52,537 bases of DNA from an uncultured Enterobacteriaceae bacterium. GTDB taxonomy: Bacteria > Pseudomonadota > Gammaproteobacteria > Burkholderiales > SG8-39. Of this stretch, positions 8,959 through 16,923 are shown in pieces. Each line of letters opens with the position of its first letter. Within the stretch, counting starts at the first letter, position 1. The stretch spans positions 1,432 through 53,968 of the forward strand of contig CAZOSA010000002.1 of assembly GCA_964582155.1 (NCBI GenBank), in the 5' to 3' direction. The notes beneath the pieces were generated by a model. That model was given only the letters and a program-made list of their open reading frames with translations, did not search any database and was not told the DNA's origin. The position numbers were made by a program, and so were the translations under genes.

Positions 8959-10212
8959 TCAACGATCTGCGCCATTGTAATGAGCGGCGGCTGTCACCAA
9001 CCGCACAAATACCGCTTCATAAGCATCTGCGGCGCGATCGGCGGAATGATGCGCGGCGAAATAATCGCGACACGCGGAGCTGTGGCGTTGCCAGCGCGCT
9101 TCATTGCTCATCAGCGACCGCACGCACGCGACCATGTCGTCGGGCGAACTCACAACCTCGCCCACGATGTGCCCCTGCCAGCGCGCGCCCGGATCGAAGA
9201 AAGAAGCGGTAGGCATGCCGCGCGACCACGCCTGCAGGAAGGTGTTGGGAAAACCCTCCATGTCCGACGTATTGACCAGCAGGCTGCCTTCGTCGAAGTG
9301 TTTCTCCACATCCACGAATGGGACAAAACCGGTCATTTCAACATTGGGCACGGCCCGGGCTTCACTGCAAATGCGGTTGAACAGATGGCTTTCCTCGGGC
9401 ACGCCACCGCCGACAAGCCGGAACCGGTAGTCCGGACAGCGCCGTGCCAGTTCGAGGAACAGGTCCGGTCGTTTGATTTGTTTTATCGTGCCCACCCAGA
9501 TGATCGTGCCGCCGGATTGAGAACGTTTTCCGGCATGGCCATAGCAGCTCGGAACAACCGTTGCATCGCGTCCGTAGGAGCGAGCAAGCGCCTCGCGCTG
9601 ACGCTCGCTTTGCGCCACGATGCCGGAAACATGGCGCAGGCCCCAGCGGAACAGCGCCCGATCGCGTCCGAAGCGGACCAGCGGCACACGGGGGTCGAAA
9701 TCCGCATCGCTGGCGGCGGCGAACACGCTGAGACGTCGCTGCCAACGGGAAAACGCCGCGACGAAACCGGTAAGCGCGCCCGAGGTACGCTGATAGTAAA
9801 TGTCCGCGTCGACGCGACGCATGGCCGACCAGAGACTGGTGAGGCGGGGATGCAGGAAACGAACCAGCGGCAGACCCGCCTCCGGCGCATGCATGCGATG
9901 CACGGTGACGCTGTCCACGATGCAGCCGTCGGCCTGGCCGTAATCCATGCAGATGATCGACACCGGGTAGCGACGCCGGACGAACTCGCGGGCGAGGAAA
10001 CTTTGCTGCACCTCCGCGCCCCCGACCGATGCAATGCGCCGGTCGCCCGAAAAAACCGGCCACATGGCCGGAGCGACGAAACAAATATGCGGCCGGCGCG
10101 GCCTTTTGCTTTGCTGCCGCTCGCCGGCGGGTTCGCTGTCAGCGCCATTAGCGCCGCGGATCGGCAGAGGATTGTCGATGAACGTGACTTCAGAACTTGC
10201 AGCCTTGAACAT
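8959..10212 (-). CDS. GT4 (group 1) glycosyltransferase
   Basis: Start taken at the internal ATG (MFKAASS), which has AAGGAG just upstream. The EX7E-type motif EGFPNTFLQAWSRGMP is near the C-terminus. The longer 10359 start adds an Arg/Pro-rich leader and was not preferred. Confidence 0.75.
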   Translation of the reverse strand: MFKAASSEVTFIDNPLPIRGANGADSEPAGERQQSKRPRRPHICFVAPAMWPVFSGDRRIASVGGAEVQQSFLAREFVRRRYPVSIICMDYGQADGCIVDSVTVHRMHAPEAGLPLVRFLHPRLTSLWSAMRRVDADIYYQRTSGALTGFVAAFSRWQRRLSVFAAASDADFDPRVPLVRFGRDRALFRWGLRHVSGIVAQSERQREALARSYGRDATVVPSCYGHAGKRSQSGGTIIWVGTIKQIKRPDLFLELARRCPDYRFRLVGGGVPEESHLFNRICSEARAVPNVEMTGFVPFVDVEKHFDEGSLLVNTSDMEGFPNTFLQAWSRGMPTASFFDPGARWQGHIVGEVVSSPDDMVACVRSLMSNEARWQRHSSACRDYFAAHHSADRAADAYEAVFVRLVTAAAHYNGADR

Positions 10213-10469
10213 GGTGCTCCTTGTCGATGTTGTGAGGCTAACGACGCCGCATAAGAGCGGTTGGGGAGACGGCCCTCCCGCCGCTAGTCCATTCGGCCTA
10301 CGTTTCCGGCACGCGCTGCCCGGGCAAGCTTTCGGTGCTGCATTTGTAGAATGACTCAACGTTGAAGGATCCTCTTGGGGACGGCTTGAACATCTTGCGA
10401 CTCACCGATGCAGCAGGCTCGCTCGCATGCGGGTTCGATCTCGTTTTGCGGCACAAGGCGTAGCTCGAG

Positions 10470-12479
10470 ATGTGCGGCCTTTCGGGTTTTGTCGGCGACA
10501 ACGCTGCCCATGCTTTCGACCGGGCATCGCTATTGCGGCGCATGGGAGATTCCATCGCTCATCGCGGGCCGGACGATTCCGGCGTCTGGATGGATGCCGA
10601 TCTGGGAATCGGTCTTGTGCACCGGCGCTTGTCGATCGTGGATTTGTCGCCGGCGGGACATCAGCCAATGGTGTCGGCCAGCGGGCGGTTTGTGCTGGTG
10701 TTCAATGGAGAAATCTATAACCATCTGGAGTTGAGAAAAGCGCTGGCAGACGCAATTGCCTCGCCCCAACACTTCTCTGCGCAACCGGCAGGCGGCAAGT
10801 CGTGGCGCGGGCATTCGGATACTGAAACCCTGCTGGCCGGTTTCGAAGCCTGGGGTGTCGAAGCGACGCTGAAGCAAGCCGTGGGCATGTTTGCCATCGC
10901 GCTGTGGGATCGAGGCGGGCGCGCGCTCTACCTCGCGCGCGACAGGGTGGGCGAGAAACCGCTGTATTACGGCTGGCAGAACGGTGTTTTCCTGTTCGGT
11001 TCCGAATTGAAAGCGCTGAAAAGACATCCGTCATTTCAGGGCGAAATCGACCGGGACGCGCTCACGCTGCTGTTGCGGCATAGCTACATCCCGGCGCCTT
11101 ATTCGATTTATAAATCCATTCGCAAGCTGCCTCCCGGTACATTCCTCAAACTCGCCGTGGATAGCGGGCAGTTCGCAGCCGGTGGGCTGCCGAAGCCTAC
11201 GCCCTACTGGTCGCTGGCTGGCGCGGCGAGGACCGGGCGTGCAGAACCGTTTCGCGGCAGCGATGCCGAGGCGGTCAGCGCTCTGGAGGCGAGGCTCAAG
11301 GAATCCATCGGCCTGCAGATGATGGCCGATGTGCCGTTGGGAGCGTTTCTTTCCGGCGGCGTGGATTCGTCCACCGTCGTGGCACTGATGCAGGCGCAAT
11401 CCAGCCGCCCGGTGAAGACTTTCACCATCGGTTTTGAGGAAGAGGGATATAACGAAGCGGAGCACGCCAGCGCCGTTGCCCGGCATCTGGGGACCGACCA
11501 TACGGAGCTGTACGTCACCGCAGACGAAGCCCGCAACGTAATCCCGCGCTTGCCGACGCTCTACGACGAGCCGTTTTCGGATTCCTCGCAGATACCCACT
11601 TTTCTGGTTTCCCACATGGCGCGGCAGCATGTGACGGTTGCGCTTTCCGGAGATGGAGGGGACGAGTTGTTTGGTGGCTACGAGCGCTATTTTCAGACCA
11701 GCAGGATATGGCGTTACGTTCGCAAACTTCCACCGGGCATTCGCAATGCCGCCGCGCTGGCCATCCAGGCGCTGCCGCGCGATACCTGGACTCGCCTTTA
11801 TGGCCCCGTTGCCAAAGTGCTTCCGCGGCGCCTGCGCTCGGTTCAGTTGGGCTGCAAGGCGTACAGGCTTGCGGAAATCCTCGAGTGCAAGGATCCGGAA
11901 GAAATTTATTACGGCCTGCTTTCTCAGTGGAAGGATCCTGCGCAAGTGGTCATAGGCGCCAGCGAGCCCGATACCGTGCTGACCGATCGCCGCGATTGCA
12001 GCGGCATTCCCGGCATCGAGCAGTACATGATGTACGTGGATGCGGTCAGCTACTTGCCCGACGATATTCTCGTGAAGGTGGATCGCGCCGCTATGGGGGT
12101 CAGCCTGGAGACGCGCGTACCGTTTCTGGACCATCGCGTCATCGAGCTTGCCTGGCGCTTGCCGCTATCCATGAGGATGCGCAACGGGCAGGGCAAATGG
12201 ATTTTGCGGCAGGTACTCGACAAGCATGTGCCGAAAGCGTTGATCGACCGACCCAAGATGGGATTTGGCGTGCCGATCGATTCGTGGTTGCGCGGGCCCC
12301 TGCGCGACTGGGCGGAAGCGTTATTGGACGAAGGGCGGCTGCGGCGGGAGGGTTTCTTCAATCCCGAGCCGATTCGCCAGAAGTGGTCGCAGCACCTGGG
12401 CGGACAAAGGAACTGGCAACACCATTTGTGGAATGTGTTGATGTTTCAGGCGTGGCTGGAGAACGAGCGGGTACAGTAA
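10470..12479 (+). CDS. Asparagine synthase (glutamine-hydrolysing) family amidotransferase, EPS-locus type
   Basis: 669 aa. N-terminal nucleophile MCGLSGF, RGPDDSG, and the synthetase PP-loop motif AFLSGGVDSS. Same family as the exosortase-associated amidotransferases and WbpS-type uronamide-forming enzymes. Confidence 0.85.
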   Translation: MCGLSGFVGDNAAHAFDRASLLRRMGDSIAHRGPDDSGVWMDADLGIGLVHRRLSIVDLSPAGHQPMVSASGRFVLVFNGEIYNHLELRKALADAIASPQHFSAQPAGGKSWRGHSDTETLLAGFEAWGVEATLKQAVGMFAIALWDRGGRALYLARDRVGEKPLYYGWQNGVFLFGSELKALKRHPSFQGEIDRDALTLLLRHSYIPAPYSIYKSIRKLPPGTFLKLAVDSGQFAAGGLPKPTPYWSLAGAARTGRAEPFRGSDAEAVSALEARLKESIGLQMMADVPLGAFLSGGVDSSTVVALMQAQSSRPVKTFTIGFEEEGYNEAEHASAVARHLGTDHTELYVTADEARNVIPRLPTLYDEPFSDSSQIPTFLVSHMARQHVTVALSGDGGDELFGGYERYFQTSRIWRYVRKLPPGIRNAAALAIQALPRDTWTRLYGPVAKVLPRRLRSVQLGCKAYRLAEILECKDPEEIYYGLLSQWKDPAQVVIGASEPDTVLTDRRDCSGIPGIEQYMMYVDAVSYLPDDILVKVDRAAMGVSLETRVPFLDHRVIELAWRLPLSMRMRNGQGKWILRQVLDKHVPKALIDRPKMGFGVPIDSWLRGPLRDWAEALLDEGRLRREGFFNPEPIRQKWSQHLGGQRNWQHHLWNVLMFQAWLENERVQ

Positions 12480-12490
12480 CGCGAAGGAAC

Positions 12491-12510
12491 CGCTGCGCAC
12501 CTGCGCAGCG
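12491..12510 (+). terminator. GC-rich hairpin downstream of the amidotransferase gene
   Basis: CGCTGCGCA-CC-TGCGCAGCG has perfect 9-bp arms and lies 12 nt after the stop at 12479. There is no U-tract, so terminator function is uncertain. Confidence 0.35.
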
Positions 12511-12579
12511 CTGCGAATCAAGGATCACGTGACGGCCACCAGCCGTCAATCTCATTTGTAGAAGAACAGGGCAACTATC

Positions 12580-13605
12580 TTGGATATCAAGCCGACGGTT
12601 CTTGTTACCGGCGCAGCCGGTTTTATCGGTTCGAATGTTTGCAGCCGGCTGCTGGCGCGCGAACAGGAAGTAATCGGGCTGGACAACCTCAACGCCTACT
12701 ACGATGTGCGCCTGAAGGAAGCCCGGCTCGCGCGGCTCAGGCAGTCGAAGAAGTTTTCTTTTGTGGTCGCAGGCGTCGAAGATTCCGCGGCGCTGCAACG
12801 GGTTTTTGCTGAAGCCAGGCCGGTGCAGGTGGTGCATCTTGCCGCCCAGGCCGGCGTGCGCTATTCGATCGATCATCCGGAAGCGTACGTGTCCAGCAAT
12901 CTGGTGGGGTTCGCGAATATGCTGGAGGTCTGCCGGCACAACGGTGTCGAGCACCTTGTCTTCGCCTCGACCAGCTCTGTCTACGGCGCGAGCCGGATGA
13001 TTCCGTTTTCCGAACATGGAGTGACGGATCACCCGGTTTCGTTCTATGCGGCGACCAAGAAGGCCAACGAAGCTATGGCGCACAGCTACGCCTACCTGTA
13101 TCGGCTGCCATGCACGGGTTTGCGGTTCTTCACGGTGTACGGGCCGTGGGGCCGGCCGGACATGGCGCTGTTCAAGTTCACCGAAGCCATTCTTGCGGGA
13201 AGGCCGATCCAGGTCTTCAACGGCGGCAACATGGTGCGCGACTTCACCTATGTGGACGACGTCGTCGAAGGCATCCTGAAAGTGCTCGATCAGCCTGCCG
13301 CGCCGAATCCGGACTGGGACGGCAAGGCGCCCGATCCTGCCACCAGCAGCGCTCCCTACCGGATTTACAACATCGGCAACAACAGGCCGGAGAATCTTAT
13401 GCGCTACATCGAAGTGCTGGAACACAGTCTCGGCAGGAAAGCGGTCATGGACTTCCAGCCCATGCAGCCGGGCGACGTGCCCGAAACCTACGCCGACACG
13501 ACCGAACTGGAAAGGGCGGTCGGCTACAAGCCGGACACGCCGATCGAAGTCGGGGTGAAACGGTTCGTCGATTGGTATCTGGAATACAGCGGGAAGAAAA
13601 CATGA
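12580..13605 (+). CDS. NAD-dependent UDP-glucuronate / UDP-hexosaminuronate 4-epimerase (CapI/LpsL-like SDR)
   Basis: TTG start; [14 protein letters not shown] Rossmann motif; catalytic YAATKKANE. Full-length resemblance to the CapI/GlaKP-type epimerases. The stop overlaps the next start (ATGA at 13602-13605). Confidence 0.8.
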   Translation: MDIKPTVLVTGAAGFIGSNVCSRLLAREQEVIGLDNLNAYYDVRLKEARLARLRQSKKFSFVVAGVEDSAALQRVFAEARPVQVVHLAAQAGVRYSIDHPEAYVSSNLVGFANMLEVCRHNGVEHLVFASTSSVYGASRMIPFSEHGVTDHPVSFYAATKKANEAMAHSYAYLYRLPCTGLRFFTVYGPWGRPDMALFKFTEAILAGRPIQVFNGGNMVRDFTYVDDVVEGILKVLDQPAAPNPDWDGKAPDPATSSAPYRIYNIGNNRPENLMRYIEVLEHSLGRKAVMDFQPMQPGDVPETYADTTELERAVGYKPDTPIEVGVKRFVDWYLEYSGKKT

Positions 13606-14894
13606 AGACAGCGACAGACAAGGTGGCCGTGGTGGGGTTGGGGTACGTGGGGTTGCCGCTCGCGGTCGCGTTCGGCGGAAAAATCGACACCATCGGCTTT
13701 GACATCAACGAGAAAAGGGTGGCGAGCATTCAGCGCTGCGTGGATCCGACGCGGGAGATGAGCAACGCCGAACTCAAGGCCGCCTCCGGACTTACCTGCA
13801 CCACGAACCCGGAAAAGCTGGGTGAAGCGCAAGTCATCATCATCGCCGTTCCCACGCCCATCGATACCGCGCATCAGCCCGATTTCGGACCCCTGGCCTC
13901 GGCCAGCAGGGTGGTCGGCAGGAACATGAAAAAGGGCGTCACGGTCGTGTACGAATCCACCGTCTACCCCGGCGCGACGGAAGAAGTGTGCGTGCCGATT
14001 CTGGAGCGGGAATCGGGGATGAAGTGGCGCACCGATTTTCATGTCGGCTACTCACCGGAGCGCATCAACCCCGGCGACAAGAGCCATCGGCTGGAGACCA
14101 TCGTCAAGATCGTGGCGGGAGACGATGCCGACACCACGGAACAGGTGGCGCGGCTCTACGAACTGGTGGTGCGGGCCGGCGTGCACGCGGCCTCGTCCAT
14201 CAGGGTCGCCGAAGCGGCCAAGGTGATCGAGAACACGCAGCGCGATTTGAATATTGCACTGATGAACGAACTGGCGATCATTTTCAACCGGCTCGGGCTC
14301 GATACGATCGAGGTGCTGGAGGCGGCGGGAACCAAGTGGAACTTCCTGCCCTTCCGTCCGGGGCTGGTGGGCGGACACTGCATCGGCGTGGATCCCTACT
14401 ACCTTACGCACAAGGCGGAAAAGATAGGCTACCACTCGCAGGTGATCCTGGCGGGGCGGCGTATCAACGACGGCATGGGAATCTATGTGGCCCAGCAGAC
14501 CGTGAAGCACATGATCGCGCAGGGCCGGCAGATCTCGGGGGCGAAAGTAAACCTGCTGGGTCTCACTTTCAAGGAAGACTGTCCGGACATTCGCAATACC
14601 CGAGTGGTGGATCTGATCCAGGAGTTGCAGAGCTACGGCATCGAGGTCGTGGTGCACGATCCGGTTGCGGACGCACCGGAGGCCCTGCGCGAGTACGGGA
14701 TCAAGTTAGTGTCGTGGCAGGATCTGCAGCCTGCGGATGCCCTGATTCTCGCCGTTGCCCATAAGGAATTTCTTGCCCTGCCGGGCGACGAGTTGTACGC
14801 GAAAATGACCAAACCGGCCTGCCTGGTCGACGTGAAATCGAAGCTGAACGTGAATGCGCTGAAGAAGGCGGGTGTGGCGGTGTGGAGGCTCTAG
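13602..14894 (+). CDS. Nucleotide-sugar 6-dehydrogenase, TviB/WbpO/CapL-like (UDP-N-acetylhexosamine dehydrogenase family)
   Basis: The true start is the ATG at 13602 ([24 protein letters not shown]). Catalytic region [15 protein letters not shown]. The 13110 ORF start is an out-of-context extension across the epimerase gene. Confidence 0.82.
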   Translation: MKTATDKVAVVGLGYVGLPLAVAFGGKIDTIGFDINEKRVASIQRCVDPTREMSNAELKAASGLTCTTNPEKLGEAQVIIIAVPTPIDTAHQPDFGPLASASRVVGRNMKKGVTVVYESTVYPGATEEVCVPILERESGMKWRTDFHVGYSPERINPGDKSHRLETIVKIVAGDDADTTEQVARLYELVVRAGVHAASSIRVAEAAKVIENTQRDLNIALMNELAIIFNRLGLDTIEVLEAAGTKWNFLPFRPGLVGGHCIGVDPYYLTHKAEKIGYHSQVILAGRRINDGMGIYVAQQTVKHMIAQGRQISGAKVNLLGLTFKEDCPDIRNTRVVDLIQELQSYGIEVVVHDPVADAPEALREYGIKLVSWQDLQPADALILAVAHKEFLALPGDELYAKMTKPACLVDVKSKLNVNALKKAGVAVWRL

Positions 14895-14943
14895 AGCCGA
14901 TCCACGCCGCAATGGAAGTTCGCGCCTACGCCGTGCCGGTTTC

Positions 14944-15072
14944 GCAGGCTGCGACCGTTGCCTGCAGGCGGCGTGGTCCGAACGGACCAGGAGCGGCGGG
15001 CCTGCGCCGCGCGGGCCCCAGGTAATCCGATTGGACCATGCGGCGGCAAGCCGCCGCAGGCAGGACTTGCCT
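14944..15072 (+). promoter_or_regulatory. Four consecutive GC-rich hairpins in the 200-bp spacer before the PPTase gene
   Basis: GCAGGC-N10-GCCTGC at 14944-14965. TGGTCCG-AA-CGGACCA at 14974-14989. GCGGCGGC-AA-GCCGCCGC at 15040-15057. AGGCA-N5-TGCCT at 15058-15072. Confidence 0.4.
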
Positions 15073-15096
15073 ACTGCGGCGCGTAAGTTCGTAGGC

Positions 15097-15765
15097 GTGG
15101 ATTCGCGAAACCCGCTCAAGCCTTCTCTGTCCGTCGAAGTCGTGGCATCCCGCCTGGACCTGGAACCGGGCGCGGTCGATGCGCTGGCCGGCTGGCTCCG
15201 GGACGATGAGCGCCGGCGTGCAGGCCGCTTTCGTCTCGCACGCGATCGCCGGCGCTACGTCGTAGCGCGCGGCCGCCTGCGCCAGCTGCTCGCGGCGCGC
15301 CTGGGTACGCACCCTCGATCGGTCGAACTGTCCTGCGGGGCGCACGGCAAGCCCTGCCTCGCGCCGGGATCCGCCGCCGTGGACTTGCGCTTCAACGTTT
15401 CACATTCCGGGGACTTCGCGCTGTTCGCATTCTGCCGCGGCCGCGAGGTCGGCGTCGATGTCGAGGCGGTCCAGCCGATGCAAGGCGCCGACGCCGTCGC
15501 GCGACATTTCTTCACGCGCGGCGAACTCCAGGCGTACCGGGCGCTCGCGCCGCGCGACCGGGAACTGGGATTCTTCACTTGCTGGACGCGCAAGGAGGCC
15601 TACCTCAAGGCGCTCGGCGGCGGCCTGCAATCTCCGTTGAGCGAATTCGACGTCCCGCCCGACCGCGAGGGCAACGGCACCGGGTGGAGCGTGCGAAGCT
15701 TCTCACCGGCGCCGGGTCATGCTGCCGCGCTTGCCGTCGAGCTCGGCGGCAATGCGCACCCATAG
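15097..15765 (+). CDS. Sfp-type 4'-phosphopantetheinyl transferase
   Basis: Motifs FNVSHSGDFALFAF, VGVDVE and FFTCWTRKEAYLKALG. A GTG at 15097 gives a typical length of about 222 aa. The start is uncertain (the ORF is open from 14872). Confidence 0.75.
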   Translation: MDSRNPLKPSLSVEVVASRLDLEPGAVDALAGWLRDDERRRAGRFRLARDRRRYVVARGRLRQLLAARLGTHPRSVELSCGAHGKPCLAPGSAAVDLRFNVSHSGDFALFAFCRGREVGVDVEAVQPMQGADAVARHFFTRGELQAYRALAPRDRELGFFTCWTRKEAYLKALGGGLQSPLSEFDVPPDREGNGTGWSVRSFSPAPGHAAALAVELGGNAHP

Positions 15766-15771
15766 ACAGCC

Positions 15772-16923
15772 ATGTCGTCCGCCACCTATCAATCTGCGTG
15801 GATCAACGCTGAAGCGCGCATGTTCCGCAACACGGCCCGCCTGTTCGTGCAGAAGGAGTTCGTGCCGCATCATGCCCGTTGGTGCGCGCAGCATTTCCCC
15901 GATGCCGAGGCATGGACGAAGGCGGGCGCAGTAGGCCTGCTCCTGCCTGACGTTCCGGAAGAGTACGGCGGCGGCGGTGGGACATTCGCCCATGAAGCCG
16001 TGGTCCTGGAGGAACTCGCCCAGGCAGGGGTCCACTTCGGCGCCGGCATTCAGAGCATCGTTGCGCACTACATCCTCGCTTACGGCAGCGAGGGGCACAA
16101 ACGCAATTGGCTCCCCCGCATGGCGCGCGGCGAACTGGTGGGCGCAATCGCCATGAGCGAGCCCGCCGCGGGCTCCGACCTGCAAGGCATCAAGACCAGC
16201 GCCCGCCGCGACGGCGAGCAATATGTCATCAATGGCTCGAAGACATTCGTCACCAACGGCTGGCACGCCGGACTTGTCTGCCTCGCCGTGAAAACCGACC
16301 CCCGGGCCACCGGCTGGAAGGGAATTTCCCTGGTCGTGGTCGAAGCGAAGGATCTTCCCGGCTACCGGGCCGGCCGCCCGCTCGAAAAAGTCGGCATGCA
16401 CGCTCAGGACACCTGCGAACTGTTCTTCGATGACCTGCGCGTCCCGGTCTCGAACCTTCTGGGCACCGCCGAAGGCAAGGGCTTCTCCCAGATGATGGAG
16501 CAACTGCCCTATGAGCGCCTGACGGTCGGCGTGAGCGCCGTGGCGACCACGGAGCGCGCAGTCGCCATCACCACCCGGTACGTGAAAGACAGGACTGCCT
16601 TCGGCAAGCCGCTCATCGATTTTCAGAATACGCGCTTCCAGCTGGCTCAATGCATGACCGAGGCGCAGGTCGGTCGCGTCTTCCTGGACCACTGCATCGA
16701 GCGCTTCATTGACGGCCAGCTCGACGACGCGACCGCCGCCATGGCGAAATACTGGCTCACCGACAGCGAATGCCGCGTCGTCGACGAGTGCGTCCAGTTG
16801 CACGGCGGCTACGGCTACATGATGGAGTACCCGATTGCCCGCATGTGGGCCGACAGCCGCGCGCAACGGATCTACGCCGGCACCAATGAAATCATGAAGG
16901 AGCTGATCGCTTGGTCAACATGA
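15772..16923 (+). CDS. Acyl-CoA dehydrogenase family flavoprotein (LCAD/IVD-like active-site layout)
   Basis: 383 aa. AMSEPAAGSDL, FVTNG, LHGGYGYMMEYP, YAGTNEIMKELI. Ala sits at the MCAD catalytic-Glu position, with a Glu in PYERLTV as in LCAD/IVD. The stop overlaps the next start (ATGA at 16920-16923). Confidence 0.85.
   Translation: MSSATYQSAWINAEARMFRNTARLFVQKEFVPHHARWCAQHFPDAEAWTKAGAVGLLLPDVPEEYGGGGGTFAHEAVVLEELAQAGVHFGAGIQSIVAHYILAYGSEGHKRNWLPRMARGELVGAIAMSEPAAGSDLQGIKTSARRDGEQYVINGSKTFVTNGWHAGLVCLAVKTDPRATGWKGISLVVVEAKDLPGYRAGRPLEKVGMHAQDTCELFFDDLRVPVSNLLGTAEGKGFSQMMEQLPYERLTVGVSAVATTERAVAITTRYVKDRTAFGKPLIDFQNTRFQLAQCMTEAQVGRVFLDHCIERFIDGQLDDATAAMAKYWLTDSECRVVDECVQLHGGYGYMMEYPIARMWADSRAQRIYAGTNEIMKELIAWST

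Noticed and set aside
13110-13601. Upstream extension of the TviB-like dehydrogenase ORF
   Set aside because: It overlaps the epimerase gene out of frame. The conserved Rossmann N-terminus begins exactly at the ATG at 13602, which overlaps the epimerase stop.
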